Source: Actinomycetota bacterium (GTDB lineage Bacteria; Actinomycetota; Actinomycetes; Nanopelagicales; Nanopelagicaceae). From it: 64,000 nt of DNA. Made by a program: the position numbers and the translations under genes. The stretch's first letter is position 1. Each line of letters starts with the position of its first letter. The notes beneath the pieces were generated by a model. That model saw only the letters and a program-made list of their open reading frames with translations, ran no database searches and was not told the origin of the DNA. Below are positions 38,099 to 47,305 of this stretch, piece by piece. The DNA lies in contig WLPT01000001.1 of assembly GCA_009698675.1 (NCBI GenBank), positions 27,909 through 91,908 on the forward strand, written 5' to 3'.

Positions 38099-39700
38099 AT
38101 GAAGAAATTTCTTGCAGCACTCTTGCTTGGTTTCTTTTTTCTGCAGTTGCCGTCTGCTCAGGCCGCTGAGTTAAAGGGTCCAATCATCTTTGTGATTGAC
38201 ACCAGTGGGTCAATGAAATCTCAAAAGATCGTTGCAGTTAAAGAAGCAGTTACGCAAATAGTAAATAGTCTGCAGTCTGATCAAGAGATTGGCATTATTT
38301 CCTTCAGCCAGAAAGTTTCAACGATTTTGCAGCCTACTCATGATTTCACTAAGGCTCTCAAGCAGATTGACTCTCTCTTTGCCGGTGGAGATACATCCAT
38401 GTATGACGCAATTGCTGCGGGTTTTGCTATTACGTCCGCAGTGCACCCAAGCCAAATTGTTTTGCTAAGCGATGGCGAAGATACAACTAGTGCCTTACCC
38501 CTTGATCAACTCCTTGTAACTGCATCTACAGCAGGAATTCCAGTAAATGCAATCGGCATTCAAGTCGCAGTAGGTCAGCGTGCAATCTTGAGATCGATTG
38601 CTAAGGCAAGTGGTGGCAATTACTACGAGGTTAACGATATCTCTACTCTAATCGCCACGTACAAGCAGATTCTTGCCGAGCAATTAAACCCGGCTCCTTC
38701 CCCAACGCTGAGTGAGAAGCCAGATAAAGGTGAAATCACTCTCCAACAGAATGTGTATGTTGAAGTCATCTTGGCCACGATTGCTGCAATTGTTTTACTA
38801 CTTTTGTTTTTAAACATATACAACCGAGTCCAAAATCGTGAACGGCAAAAGGCGCGCGTTCAGATGCTTCAAAAGTACTCATATCGCCAGGCGCGCAAGG
38901 CGACAAACCGAATTCGAATTTCATTAACCTCCTATAGTTTTATTCCCAATCGCGTTGAAGCGGCAATAAGATCTCGCCTTGAACTCATCCATAGCCAATT
39001 GAGATACGAGAGTGTTATTCATATTCTGATGGGTGCCTGGCTCTTCTTAGTCGCCGTGTTTACCATGATGCTTCATTCGCTCTTCTTAGCTTTTATACTC
39101 ACAAGCGTCTTAGTCCCAATTGGATTTAACACAGTAATCAAGAACGTCCGAACCAAGCAGAAACAAAAATTTGCCGAAGAACTTCCAGAACTACTCAATA
39201 TTCTGGCAAGTGCCTTGCGGGCAGGTTTAAGTTTACCTCAAGGCCTAGAAGCCTATTCATCCGATACTAAGGGGGAGGTTGCCCGCGAGATTCGCCGCAC
39301 AATTAGCGAGATAAGAGTGGGTACCCCGATTGATGAGGCCCTTATGGGTGTGGCAGAGCGAATGGAAAGTGAGGATTTACGTTGGGCGGTAACGGCTTTA
39401 TCTATCCAACGGGTTGTAGGTGGAAGTATGGCAACAATCCTTACAACAACCTTTGAAACAGTTAAGGCGCGAGCCGAGATTCGACGTGAAGTCAAGACGT
39501 TGTCGGCAGAGGGAAAACTTTCAGCCTATGTACTAATAGCGCTCCCAATAGGAATTTTCTCATTCCTATTCTTGACACGTCGCGAATATGTCAAAGTCTT
39601 TTGGAGTGATCCAGCCGGAATCTTCTTGCTTATTATTATTGGAATTTCATTGAGTATCGGCTGGGCTTGGATGAAGAAGATTGTTGAGATTAAAATATGA
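38099..39700 (+). CDS. tadB: VWA-domain TadB fusion
   Basis: DTSGSM MIDAS, LLSDGED; C-terminal T2SSF-like ALRAGLSL...LSAEGKLS. Confidence 0.9.
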   Translation: MKKFLAALLLGFFFLQLPSAQAAELKGPIIFVIDTSGSMKSQKIVAVKEAVTQIVNSLQSDQEIGIISFSQKVSTILQPTHDFTKALKQIDSLFAGGDTSMYDAIAAGFAITSAVHPSQIVLLSDGEDTTSALPLDQLLVTASTAGIPVNAIGIQVAVGQRAILRSIAKASGGNYYEVNDISTLIATYKQILAEQLNPAPSPTLSEKPDKGEITLQQNVYVEVILATIAAIVLLLLFLNIYNRVQNRERQKARVQMLQKYSYRQARKATNRIRISLTSYSFIPNRVEAAIRSRLELIHSQLRYESVIHILMGAWLFLVAVFTMMLHSLFLAFILTSVLVPIGFNTVIKNVRTKQKQKFAEELPELLNILASALRAGLSLPQGLEAYSSDTKGEVAREIRRTISEIRVGTPIDEALMGVAERMESEDLRWAVTALSIQRVVGGSMATILTTTFETVKARAEIRREVKTLSAEGKLSAYVLIALPIGIFSFLFLTRREYVKVFWSDPAGIFLLIIIGISLSIGWAWMKKIVEIKI

Positions 39701-40857
39701 AAGACATACTCTTTAACCTCTTACCATCTATATCTGGCATCCTGGTTGCATTCACTATCTATAGAGCTTCTCGAATGGGCCTACGAGCCGCGAGTGAATT
39801 TAGGATGCGTATGCGCCGACTGGAAATTGTTCGCGCATATCAGCTCGCTGGAAAGGCAAACGTCAAGAAGATTTCAAAGCAAGTCAGTATGGCGAAAATA
39901 GTCGTTGGATCTTATGGAGATCGCTTGGTCAAAGATCGCTATCGGTCTAAACTTGAGCGGTTACTTGTAAATTCAGGCGACTGGGAAAACAAGAAATATT
40001 CAAGTCTTGTTCAGCGCAAAATCATTTTTGCTATCTTAGGATTCTTTTTAGGTTTCTTCCTCTTGCTTATTCATAATATTCAACTTGTTCCAATTTTTGT
40101 TGTAGTCGTTGTCGTTGCATATTTCCTACCCGATGTTGAGCGCTTCCTGCAACGAGCAACAGGCTTGAAATATCGCAATAAACTAGAGCATCTTCTCGAT
40201 CAAGCTGGTAACTGGAAAGAGAACGACTACTTCTCACTCATTCGCCGCAAGATTATTTTCGCACTAAATAGCTTTGTAGTGAGCTATTTATACTTGATAG
40301 CCAAAGACAAGAGCTATGTGAGTTTAGTATTTAGCATTTTTGCCATTTTTATGGGCTTCTTCATTCCGGATATCTTGCTTCAGAACAGAGTCTTAAAACG
40401 TAAGGAAATGTTGGCTGATACTTTGCCGGATGCAATAGATATGTTACAGATGTGTGTTAGTGCAGGGCTTGCTTTCCCTGCCGCATTGTCCAAAGTGGCA
40501 GAGACTCAGAATGGCCCTGTTGCAGAGGAATTTGCTCGAGTGACTGCAGAGGTTCAGTTGGGGCAATCTCGCTCAGAGGCGTTGGCAGCAATGTCAGAGC
40601 GCACACAAGAAGAGCATATTCAAAAATTCGTAAGTGCCATGATGCAAGTTGATCGCTTTGGAATTCCAGTTGGAAATGTCTTAATAGAGCAATCTAAAGA
40701 GATGCGATCTGCACGTAGAGAACGTGCACGTGAACGTGGTCAAAAAGTTCCAGTGAAGATTTTGGCTCCAATTATGCTTTGCTTCTTACCAACTGTCTTA
40801 ATGATTATTTTAGGGCCTGCAGTAATCTCAATTATGCGGGCCTTTAGCGGTCAATAG
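39697..40857 (+). CDS. tadC: TadC (T2SS F family) with internal duplication
   Basis: LPDAIDML..CVSAGL, PVKILAP. Confidence 0.9.
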   Translation: MKDILFNLLPSISGILVAFTIYRASRMGLRAASEFRMRMRRLEIVRAYQLAGKANVKKISKQVSMAKIVVGSYGDRLVKDRYRSKLERLLVNSGDWENKKYSSLVQRKIIFAILGFFLGFFLLLIHNIQLVPIFVVVVVVAYFLPDVERFLQRATGLKYRNKLEHLLDQAGNWKENDYFSLIRRKIIFALNSFVVSYLYLIAKDKSYVSLVFSIFAIFMGFFIPDILLQNRVLKRKEMLADTLPDAIDMLQMCVSAGLAFPAALSKVAETQNGPVAEEFARVTAEVQLGQSRSEALAAMSERTQEEHIQKFVSAMMQVDRFGIPVGNVLIEQSKEMRSARRERARERGQKVPVKILAPIMLCFLPTVLMIILGPAVISIMRAFSGQ

Positions 40858-41390
40858 TGATTATTAACCAGGTGCTACTTACGCTTGCCCAGCTAATCCT
40901 CCCAGCCGTGGTACTGCTGAAGTTTAAGTTCACGATTATCACCGTTGTTTTGCTCCCATTGGCCGCGGTCTCTTTTCCACTTTTACGTGAAGATTTTCGA
41001 AGTAAACGGTTACCAAATCGATTAATTTACCCAGCAGTAATTACCACCTTAGGCATCATTACTGCGTACGCCCTCTATCGAGGGGATATTGCAACATTCA
41101 CCCAGCCGGTCGGTCGAGCGGTAGTTGCATTCTTCATCGCACTTCTTCTCTACCTAATTGCACGTGGGGGCTTTGGGGCCGGAGACGTAAAGCTATTCTT
41201 TCTCGCAGCTTTAGCACTTGGGGTATTTACCCCAGCGCACTTGATCGCGGCAGCCGTCTTTGCCTGCTTGGGAGTAGCAATCTACGCAAGCGCATTAATG
41301 ATCACAAAAAAAGCCTCAACAAAAACTACAGTTCCTTTCGGCCCCTTCATAATTATTGGGAGTTGGCTGGCAATACTGCTTTTCAACTAA
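40857..41390 (+). CDS. prepilin peptidase (A24, TadV/CpaA-like)
   Basis: D...RLPN and GAGDVKL catalytic Asp motifs, PFGPF. Confidence 0.9.
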   Translation: MIINQVLLTLAQLILPAVVLLKFKFTIITVVLLPLAAVSFPLLREDFRSKRLPNRLIYPAVITTLGIITAYALYRGDIATFTQPVGRAVVAFFIALLLYLIARGGFGAGDVKLFFLAALALGVFTPAHLIAAAVFACLGVAIYASALMITKKASTKTTVPFGPFIIIGSWLAILLFN

Positions 41391-41403
41391 CCTCAGTTAG
41401 GGA

Positions 41404-42414
41404 TTAGTTGATAGTAATTGTGAGCGTTGATCCAGTCGTAATTTTGAAGCCATAGACTACAAATTGAGAGAAGTAAACTGAATCGGTTGAAAAGTAAGTT
41501 GGATGACCAGCACCCAGCGCCGATGCAACCCCAAGCGATGCTGGATTTATGTTGCTACCTGTAACGGTAAAGGTATATGCAGTTCCGCGGTCTGGTAGCG
41601 CGACATAAAAGTCATAGGTGTATGTGTTTTTAACAAAGGTGCCGCCTCCAGGTGTTAATTTACAAAGAGAGACACCTTGTGGTCCGGTTGAATCTTGAAA
41701 TGCCAGTTCAACCGTTGGACAGGCAGGGGTACCAGGCAAGGTTGGAACGTTTGCAAAGCCATCAATTATGTAAGAAAATACAGTTCCGACAACGGCAGTT
41801 AATGTGCAACCGGATGTTGAAGCAGACCAGGAACCCCAACCATTTGCATTTTGTGCGGCAACTTGGAAGATATATGTTAACCCAGAAGTCAAACCGGTTA
41901 GAGTAAGAGAGGTTGCAACTGTTTGAGTTGGGTAAGTTGTCCAAGTAGATCCACCGTTAGATGAATAACGAACTCGGTAACTAGTAACAACGGCATATCC
42001 TGGAGAAACGACGGCACTCCAAGTTAATGCCGCATCAGTTGTACAAGTAGAGATTATTGGAGTACCGATTGTCTTTGGTACACGTTTGGCAATTTCTGCA
42101 GGAGTGCCAACTTCAATACAGTTGTCATCATCATCATCGCCATCATCAGAGTGTGAATAGTTAGAGGAGTCCTTGACTGGACTGTTGCTCTTTGATGAGT
42201 TTTTTATTGATGCAGAAGAATCGTGGCTAGCTGAGGAATCATCGCCGCACTCATCGGAATCAGAGTCACTTGAATGATCAGAACCGCTTGAGTGTGAAGA
42301 GGATGCCTTGCTTGAGGTTGCGCTGGCGTTAGCACCAGGGGCGCCCATATTCAGCAGCATCGCAAAAAGCGCTAAAGTTGACGCTGCTAGGAATTTGGAT
42401 GAACGTGTTCGCAT
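41404..42414 (-). CDS. secreted fibronectin type III domain protein with Ser/Asp-rich N-terminal region
   Basis: Signal peptide; LTW...VTSY.V.YS...GLT.G.TY.FQVAA.N..G FN3 signature. Confidence 0.82.
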   Translation of the reverse strand: MRTRSSKFLAASTLALFAMLLNMGAPGANASATSSKASSSHSSGSDHSSDSDSDECGDDSSASHDSSASIKNSSKSNSPVKDSSNYSHSDDGDDDDDNCIEVGTPAEIAKRVPKTIGTPIISTCTTDAALTWSAVVSPGYAVVTSYRVRYSSNGGSTWTTYPTQTVATSLTLTGLTSGLTYIFQVAAQNANGWGSWSASTSGCTLTAVVGTVFSYIIDGFANVPTLPGTPACPTVELAFQDSTGPQGVSLCKLTPGGGTFVKNTYTYDFYVALPDRGTAYTFTVTGSNINPASLGVASALGAGHPTYFSTDSVYFSQFVVYGFKITTGSTLTITIN

Positions 42415-42532
42415 TGCTGGGACCCCATCTGCTCGAATGATGCCCAAATTGTAGGTGCCACGCTCAGATTTGCGTGGGGCACAAGCCGGAGAATCGCTTG
42501 TGAATTGATATTTGGTGGCAAGACTCTACGAT

Positions 42533-42937
42533 ATGACCATGCAAGCACACGGAGCCGATGGTGTAATCGCAGCCAATGACAGCCATATCACTATTACGTG
42601 GACGACGCTTCGAGGTCGGATGTCCTCGCTGGATGGATCAAATGTGGAGGTTGTTCCAATCTCACAAATTTTTGAGACACTCTTAATCCCCGCTAAAGCG
42701 GGTATGAAGGGCTGCTTGCAATTTAATCTCATCGGCAGCCAATCATCTCTAGCCTTTGAAGAAAATTGGATGTCCTCGCTTCGTATTGGCAACTTGCATC
42801 ATGCAGTCCTTTTCAATCATCCATCGCAATTTGAATTCAAAGCATTGGCCGATCATATTAAGGGAAGAATCACTCATTTGCGCAGATTGCATCCACTCGA
42901 CGGTGGATTCGGAACTAGCGCAAGTAAAATTGGGTAA
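42533..42937 (+). CDS. hypothetical protein (PH-like, DUF4429-like)
   Basis: G.DG.I....I.I, IP...I..V, KG.LQF pattern; fills the gap between genes. Confidence 0.55.
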   Translation: MTMQAHGADGVIAANDSHITITWTTLRGRMSSLDGSNVEVVPISQIFETLLIPAKAGMKGCLQFNLIGSQSSLAFEENWMSSLRIGNLHHAVLFNHPSQFEFKALADHIKGRITHLRRLHPLDGGFGTSASKIG

Positions 42938-43411
42938 TTAAGAGCTAGCGGCTAACTTCTTTAATGCATCTGCGCTGACGCGATAGACAGTCCATTCATC
43001 CATAGCTTCTGCACCAAGGGATTTGTAGAACTCAATCGAAGGTTCATTCCAGTCGAGAACCCACCATTGCAATCGTTCATACTTTCTTTCGATGCATATA
43101 CGCGCGAGTTCTTTGAGCAGAGATAAACCGAAGCCTTTGCCGCGATGGGCGGGGTCGACGTAGAGATCTTCAAGATAAATACCGGGTTTACCGAGCCATG
43201 TTGAATAATTGAGAAACCAAATAGAGATACCGATTACAGTCCCATCAACTTCTACAACATGACAAAAGGCATGTGGATTGGGAGAGAAAAGAGAGTCCTC
43301 GATCTGCTCGAGAGTTGCCACAGCGTCGTCTGGGGCCTTTTCATACTCGGCTAAATCCTTAATCAGCTGGAGAATTCGCGGCGCATCCTCTTTAATCGCA
43401 TAACGAATCAT
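42938..43411 (-). CDS. GNAT N-acetyltransferase (diamine acetyltransferase-like)
   Basis: LAEYEK, YLEDLYV..HRGKGFG, VLDWN..SIEFY. Confidence 0.92.
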   Translation of the reverse strand: MIRYAIKEDAPRILQLIKDLAEYEKAPDDAVATLEQIEDSLFSPNPHAFCHVVEVDGTVIGISIWFLNYSTWLGKPGIYLEDLYVDPAHRGKGFGLSLLKELARICIERKYERLQWWVLDWNEPSIEFYKSLGAEAMDEWTVYRVSADALKKLAASS

Positions 43412-44259
43412 TGTGGAAGTCTATAGCGGCTGCGGGGGATCGATTGGATTAACTGGTCTTTAAGTAAAGTCATTAAAGCCTTTTCAACCTGTGATTCCAC
43501 GGGCCATAGTTTCTTAATGGCGTTCTCAGTAAGCGATTCATTTTCACGCAGAGCTTGCACGATTGTGCCACGGCATTGACGGTCAGTTCCATGCCAGTCT
43601 TGAGATTTTCGAATTAACTCTGTTTTAGGATAACCGTTCATGCGCCAGTTGCATTCAGCGATGACGGGGCAGAGTTCACACCGTGGATTTTTGGATGTGC
43701 AGACAATTGCACCAAGCTCCATTGTTGCCGCGGCCCATATATGTGCATTCTTTTGCGGCACCAGTGTAAGACGTGCTGCTTTTTCACGGCTACTTGGCGC
43801 AGGCTTTGGATGTTCATTACCATCTATAACGCGCGTGAGAACTCGTCGGATATTTACATCCAAAACTAAAGTTCGTTGATCAAAGGCAAATGCAGCAACT
43901 GCAGCTGCGGTATATTCGCCAATGCCGGGTAGTTGTTGCAGTGTAAGCTCATCATTTGGAACTTCATTATTGAAATCTTCTGCGATGATTTGAGCGGCGC
44001 CATGCAAGCGAAGTGCCCGACGTGGATAGCCAAGTCGGCCCCACGCTGTAATAACTTGGGCAGGGGAGGCTGCAGCTAAATCCTTTGGAGTTGGCCAGCG
44101 ATCCATCCACTCAATCCACTTAGGCAGAACGCGATGGACCGGCGTCTGTTGCAACATGTATTCGCTGACCATGACTCCCCAAGGCGTTGTATTGCGCCAT
44201 GGTAAATCTCGTTTGTGTTTCTTAAACCAATTAACTATCGGCTTTTCTAGCGGATTCAT
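43408..44259 (-). CDS. mutY: A/G-specific adenine glycosylase
   Basis: RDLPWR, SE.MLQQT, HhH LPGIG, C-X6-C-X2-C-X5-C Fe-S motif. Confidence 0.93.
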   Translation of the reverse strand: MNPLEKPIVNWFKKHKRDLPWRNTTPWGVMVSEYMLQQTPVHRVLPKWIEWMDRWPTPKDLAAASPAQVITAWGRLGYPRRALRLHGAAQIIAEDFNNEVPNDELTLQQLPGIGEYTAAAVAAFAFDQRTLVLDVNIRRVLTRVIDGNEHPKPAPSSREKAARLTLVPQKNAHIWAAATMELGAIVCTSKNPRCELCPVIAECNWRMNGYPKTELIRKSQDWHGTDRQCRGTIVQALRENESLTENAIKKLWPVESQVEKALMTLLKDQLIQSIPRSRYRLPQ

Positions 44260-45623
44260 TCGCCAGTAATTTTTACCCGAGAGAGTGCTTGATCAAGACG
44301 TGAAACTTCGACGATCTCCATGCCAACGATTGTGGTCTCTGACCCGGTTGGAACTAGTGCACGTTTAAAACCTAAACGGTAGGCCTCTTGAAGACGGCGA
44401 TTAACCCCACTGACTTTGCGAATCTCACCAGCTAAACCAACTTCACCAATTGCAACCAGATCAGATGGCAGAGCTAGACCCTTAGCTGCCGAAGCAACGG
44501 CCAATGCCAGAGCTAAATCGGCGGCGGGTTCAGACATCTTCATTCCACCGACCGTCGCGGCATATACATCCCGCCCACCAACTCGGATGCCAGCGCGAAG
44601 TTCAAGAACGGCCAACGTCATCGAAGTGCGAGCAGAGTCCAAGCCCGATACAACGCGGCGGGCATTACCAAAATCATTCTCACGACCTTGGCTAACTAGG
44701 GCTTGAATCTCTGCAAGTAATGGCCGCCGACCTTCCAGTGTCACTGTGACGCAGGTACCTGGAACAGGTTCGGCGTGACGAGATGTAAATAGACCAGTGG
44801 GATCTAGTACCGATTCGATTCCGACATCACTTAAATCAAAACAACCAACTTCATCGGATGCTCCAAAACGATTCTTTATTGCACGGATTAAACGCAGTCG
44901 GGAGTGGCGCTCGCCTTCGAACTGTAATACGACATCGACGATGTGTTCGAGTAGGCGCGGACCTGCAATTGAGCCATCTTTAGTAACGTGACCAACTAAT
45001 AATAAAGTAATGTCACGATCTTTGCAGATACGGATTAGAGCGCCTGCAACTTCACGAACTTGAGTCACACCACCGGGGGAGCCATCGGCAGTGGAGCTAC
45101 CAATCGTTTGCACAGAGTCGATGATGACTAACTGCGGCTTAACTGCATCGATATGAGCAATCACGGCACCAAGATCGGTTTCAGATGCAAGAAGTAAAAG
45201 TGGGTCAATAGCGCTAATGCGCTCGGCCCGTAAACGAACTTGCGAAGCAGACTCTTCGCCACTGATGTAGAGAGCAGTCAAGCCTTTAGCGGCAGATTGC
45301 GCGGCGACAGAGAGTAGAAGTGTTGATTTACCAACTCCAGGTTCGCCCGCTAACAAGATGGCAGCCCCTGGAACTAATCCACCACCTAGAACGCGATCGA
45401 GTTCAGAGACACCTGTAGGGCGCGCATGGGCGGCAGATAGATCGACATCGCCAATTGGAGTTGCTTTGTTTGTTACGTGACCGGCAACGAGAGAGAGTTT
45501 TTTCGGGGCAGCAATCTCTTCAACACATCCCCATGCTTGGCACTCGCCACAGCGCCCGACCCATTTTTGCGATGTCCATCCGCACTCTGTGCAGCGGAAG
45601 GGATCCTTTTCGACTTTGGCCAT
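44256..45623 (-). CDS. radA: DNA repair protein RadA/Sms
   Basis: C4 zinc finger, GEPGVGKS, KNRFG. Confidence 0.96.
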   Translation of the reverse strand: MAKVEKDPFRCTECGWTSQKWVGRCGECQAWGCVEEIAAPKKLSLVAGHVTNKATPIGDVDLSAAHARPTGVSELDRVLGGGLVPGAAILLAGEPGVGKSTLLLSVAAQSAAKGLTALYISGEESASQVRLRAERISAIDPLLLLASETDLGAVIAHIDAVKPQLVIIDSVQTIGSSTADGSPGGVTQVREVAGALIRICKDRDITLLLVGHVTKDGSIAGPRLLEHIVDVVLQFEGERHSRLRLIRAIKNRFGASDEVGCFDLSDVGIESVLDPTGLFTSRHAEPVPGTCVTVTLEGRRPLLAEIQALVSQGRENDFGNARRVVSGLDSARTSMTLAVLELRAGIRVGGRDVYAATVGGMKMSEPAADLALALAVASAAKGLALPSDLVAIGEVGLAGEIRKVSGVNRRLQEAYRLGFKRALVPTGSETTIVGMEIVEVSRLDQALSRVKITGE

Positions 45624-45649
45624 AGGTAGAGCCTAGGAGATAGGGCTGA

Positions 45650-46462
45650 CTATTTCTTAGCCGCAGCCAGTGTTGCTGGGTGTTGAATGACAAAGAGTGG
45701 GAGTGAGCGAGCTTGAGCATCACGAATACCGGCCATTCGCTGATCACATAGACGTGCAAGCTCGGCATATGGAACGTCACCCATAAGTTTTTGAAGCTCA
45801 TATTTATTTGAGATATAAACCGGCTCTTTGCCAACATGTGCATCGGTATTGCTTGTGCAGTACCAATCGAAATCATCTCCGCCATCGCCCCATGCAAGAC
45901 GTTCATACTCACCGATCACAGTGATGGAGTATTCGCGCTCGCCAACTTCGCGAGTTTCAAAGCTACGGCGAAGTGGTAGTTGCCAACAAACATCTGGCTT
46001 GGTATCAACAAAGTGTTTATTCTCTTTGACTGCTAAGTGGTGGAGTACGCAACCAAATGATCCGGTAAAGCCATCGGCTTGATAACCTTTACGATTTAAA
46101 AATATGCAGCCATCTTCGACACGACGTGTTTTACGATCTCCATCTTCATCTTTTTCGGAGATGCGAAGTTTGGCGCCAGGCTTCTTTGGTCGGGCCTCTG
46201 AATAAAACTGCCACATCTCTGGTGTTAAATATGCCGCGGCCTTATCAGTGCGGGCCTCATCGTCTTCATCGGTGTACATCGCACCTTCGGTGCAACACCC
46301 GGCATTAGGTTGGCTCTTAAATACACCTTGGCAGCCATCGCCGTAAATACACGTCCAGTAAGAGGTCAACCAAGTCAGATCACACTTAAAGATTTCCTCG
46401 GGGTCGCTTGGGTCAGAGAACTCAACCCAATCACGCGCAAAACCTGGCTTCACTTCGGACAT
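45650..46462 (-). CDS. conserved Cys-rich actinobacterial protein (DUF3109-like)
   Basis: CDLTWLTS.W.CI.G.GC, CC..GA, C.FLNR, KPDVCWQLP. Confidence 0.75.
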   Translation of the reverse strand: MSEVKPGFARDWVEFSDPSDPEEIFKCDLTWLTSYWTCIYGDGCQGVFKSQPNAGCCTEGAMYTDEDDEARTDKAAAYLTPEMWQFYSEARPKKPGAKLRISEKDEDGDRKTRRVEDGCIFLNRKGYQADGFTGSFGCVLHHLAVKENKHFVDTKPDVCWQLPLRRSFETREVGEREYSITVIGEYERLAWGDGGDDFDWYCTSNTDAHVGKEPVYISNKYELQKLMGDVPYAELARLCDQRMAGIRDAQARSLPLFVIQHPATLAAAKK

Positions 46463-46501
46463 AGACGCAGAGCCTACACGCTTAACGGGTAGGCTTGCAC
46501 A

Positions 46502-47305
46502 ATGAGTAAGTCGCTACCAGTTGGTGTAATCGGCGCCGGAATTATGGGCGAAGCACTTATCGCAGCGCTAATTTCATATGGCGTGGCACCAGAGTTGATA
46601 ACAATCTCTGAAAAGCGAAAAGATCGCGCTGATGAACTTGTGAATCGATATGCAGTCACGGTTGCAGAGATTGAAAGTAATGTGGCCAATTCAGAGGCGC
46701 TATTGCTTGTAGTCAAGCCCCAAGACATGGCCAGCGTACTTGCCGAGGTTAAGGACTCCATTAATCCACGTGCCCTCATTATTACCTTTGCCGCGGGAAA
46801 AAAAATCTCCTTCATCACCCAAGCACTTGGAACAGGTAATCCTGTCGTGCGTGTAATGCCAAACACCGCCACACTCGTTGGCGCTGGCATGGCGGCAATA
46901 TCTTTAGGAGATAACGTCACCGCCGAGCAATCGGCATTCGTGACTGGTTTTCTTGCTGCAACTGGAAAAGTTGTTGAAGTACCAGAGGATTTACAGGATG
47001 CGGTCACGGCTACAAGTGGATCTGGGCCGGCCTACTTCTTTAGATTTGTGGAAGCGATGGTTGAAGGCGCAGTAAAACTCGGTCTGTCTCATGAAGTTGC
47101 GACGCAGCTTACGGTGCAGACGATGATTGGAGCGGCCAAACTACTTGAGGAGTCGGGAAAATCTGCGACTACTCTGCGCGAAAATGTCACTAGTCCAAAT
47201 GGAACCACTGCTGCGGCACTGGCCTCATTTGATGGCAATCACATATCTACATTGGTTGCTACCGCAATGCAGGCAGCGCGCGATCGCTCCCAGGAATTAG
47301 CGTGA
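46502..47305 (+). CDS. proC: pyrroline-5-carboxylate reductase
   Basis: GAGIMG, VKPQD, RVMPN, SGSGPAY, VTSP.GTT. Confidence 0.96.
   Translation: MSKSLPVGVIGAGIMGEALIAALISYGVAPELITISEKRKDRADELVNRYAVTVAEIESNVANSEALLLVVKPQDMASVLAEVKDSINPRALIITFAAGKKISFITQALGTGNPVVRVMPNTATLVGAGMAAISLGDNVTAEQSAFVTGFLAATGKVVEVPEDLQDAVTATSGSGPAYFFRFVEAMVEGAVKLGLSHEVATQLTVQTMIGAAKLLEESGKSATTLRENVTSPNGTTAAALASFDGNHISTLVATAMQAARDRSQELA

Noticed and set aside
31202-42937. Prophage/ICE or integrase-driven element
   Set aside because: No integrase, transposase, tRNA or flanking direct repeat recognised.
43408-44259. MutY seemingly truncated (no C-terminal MutT-like domain)
   Set aside because: Short MutY is normal for Actinobacteria; not a pseudogene.
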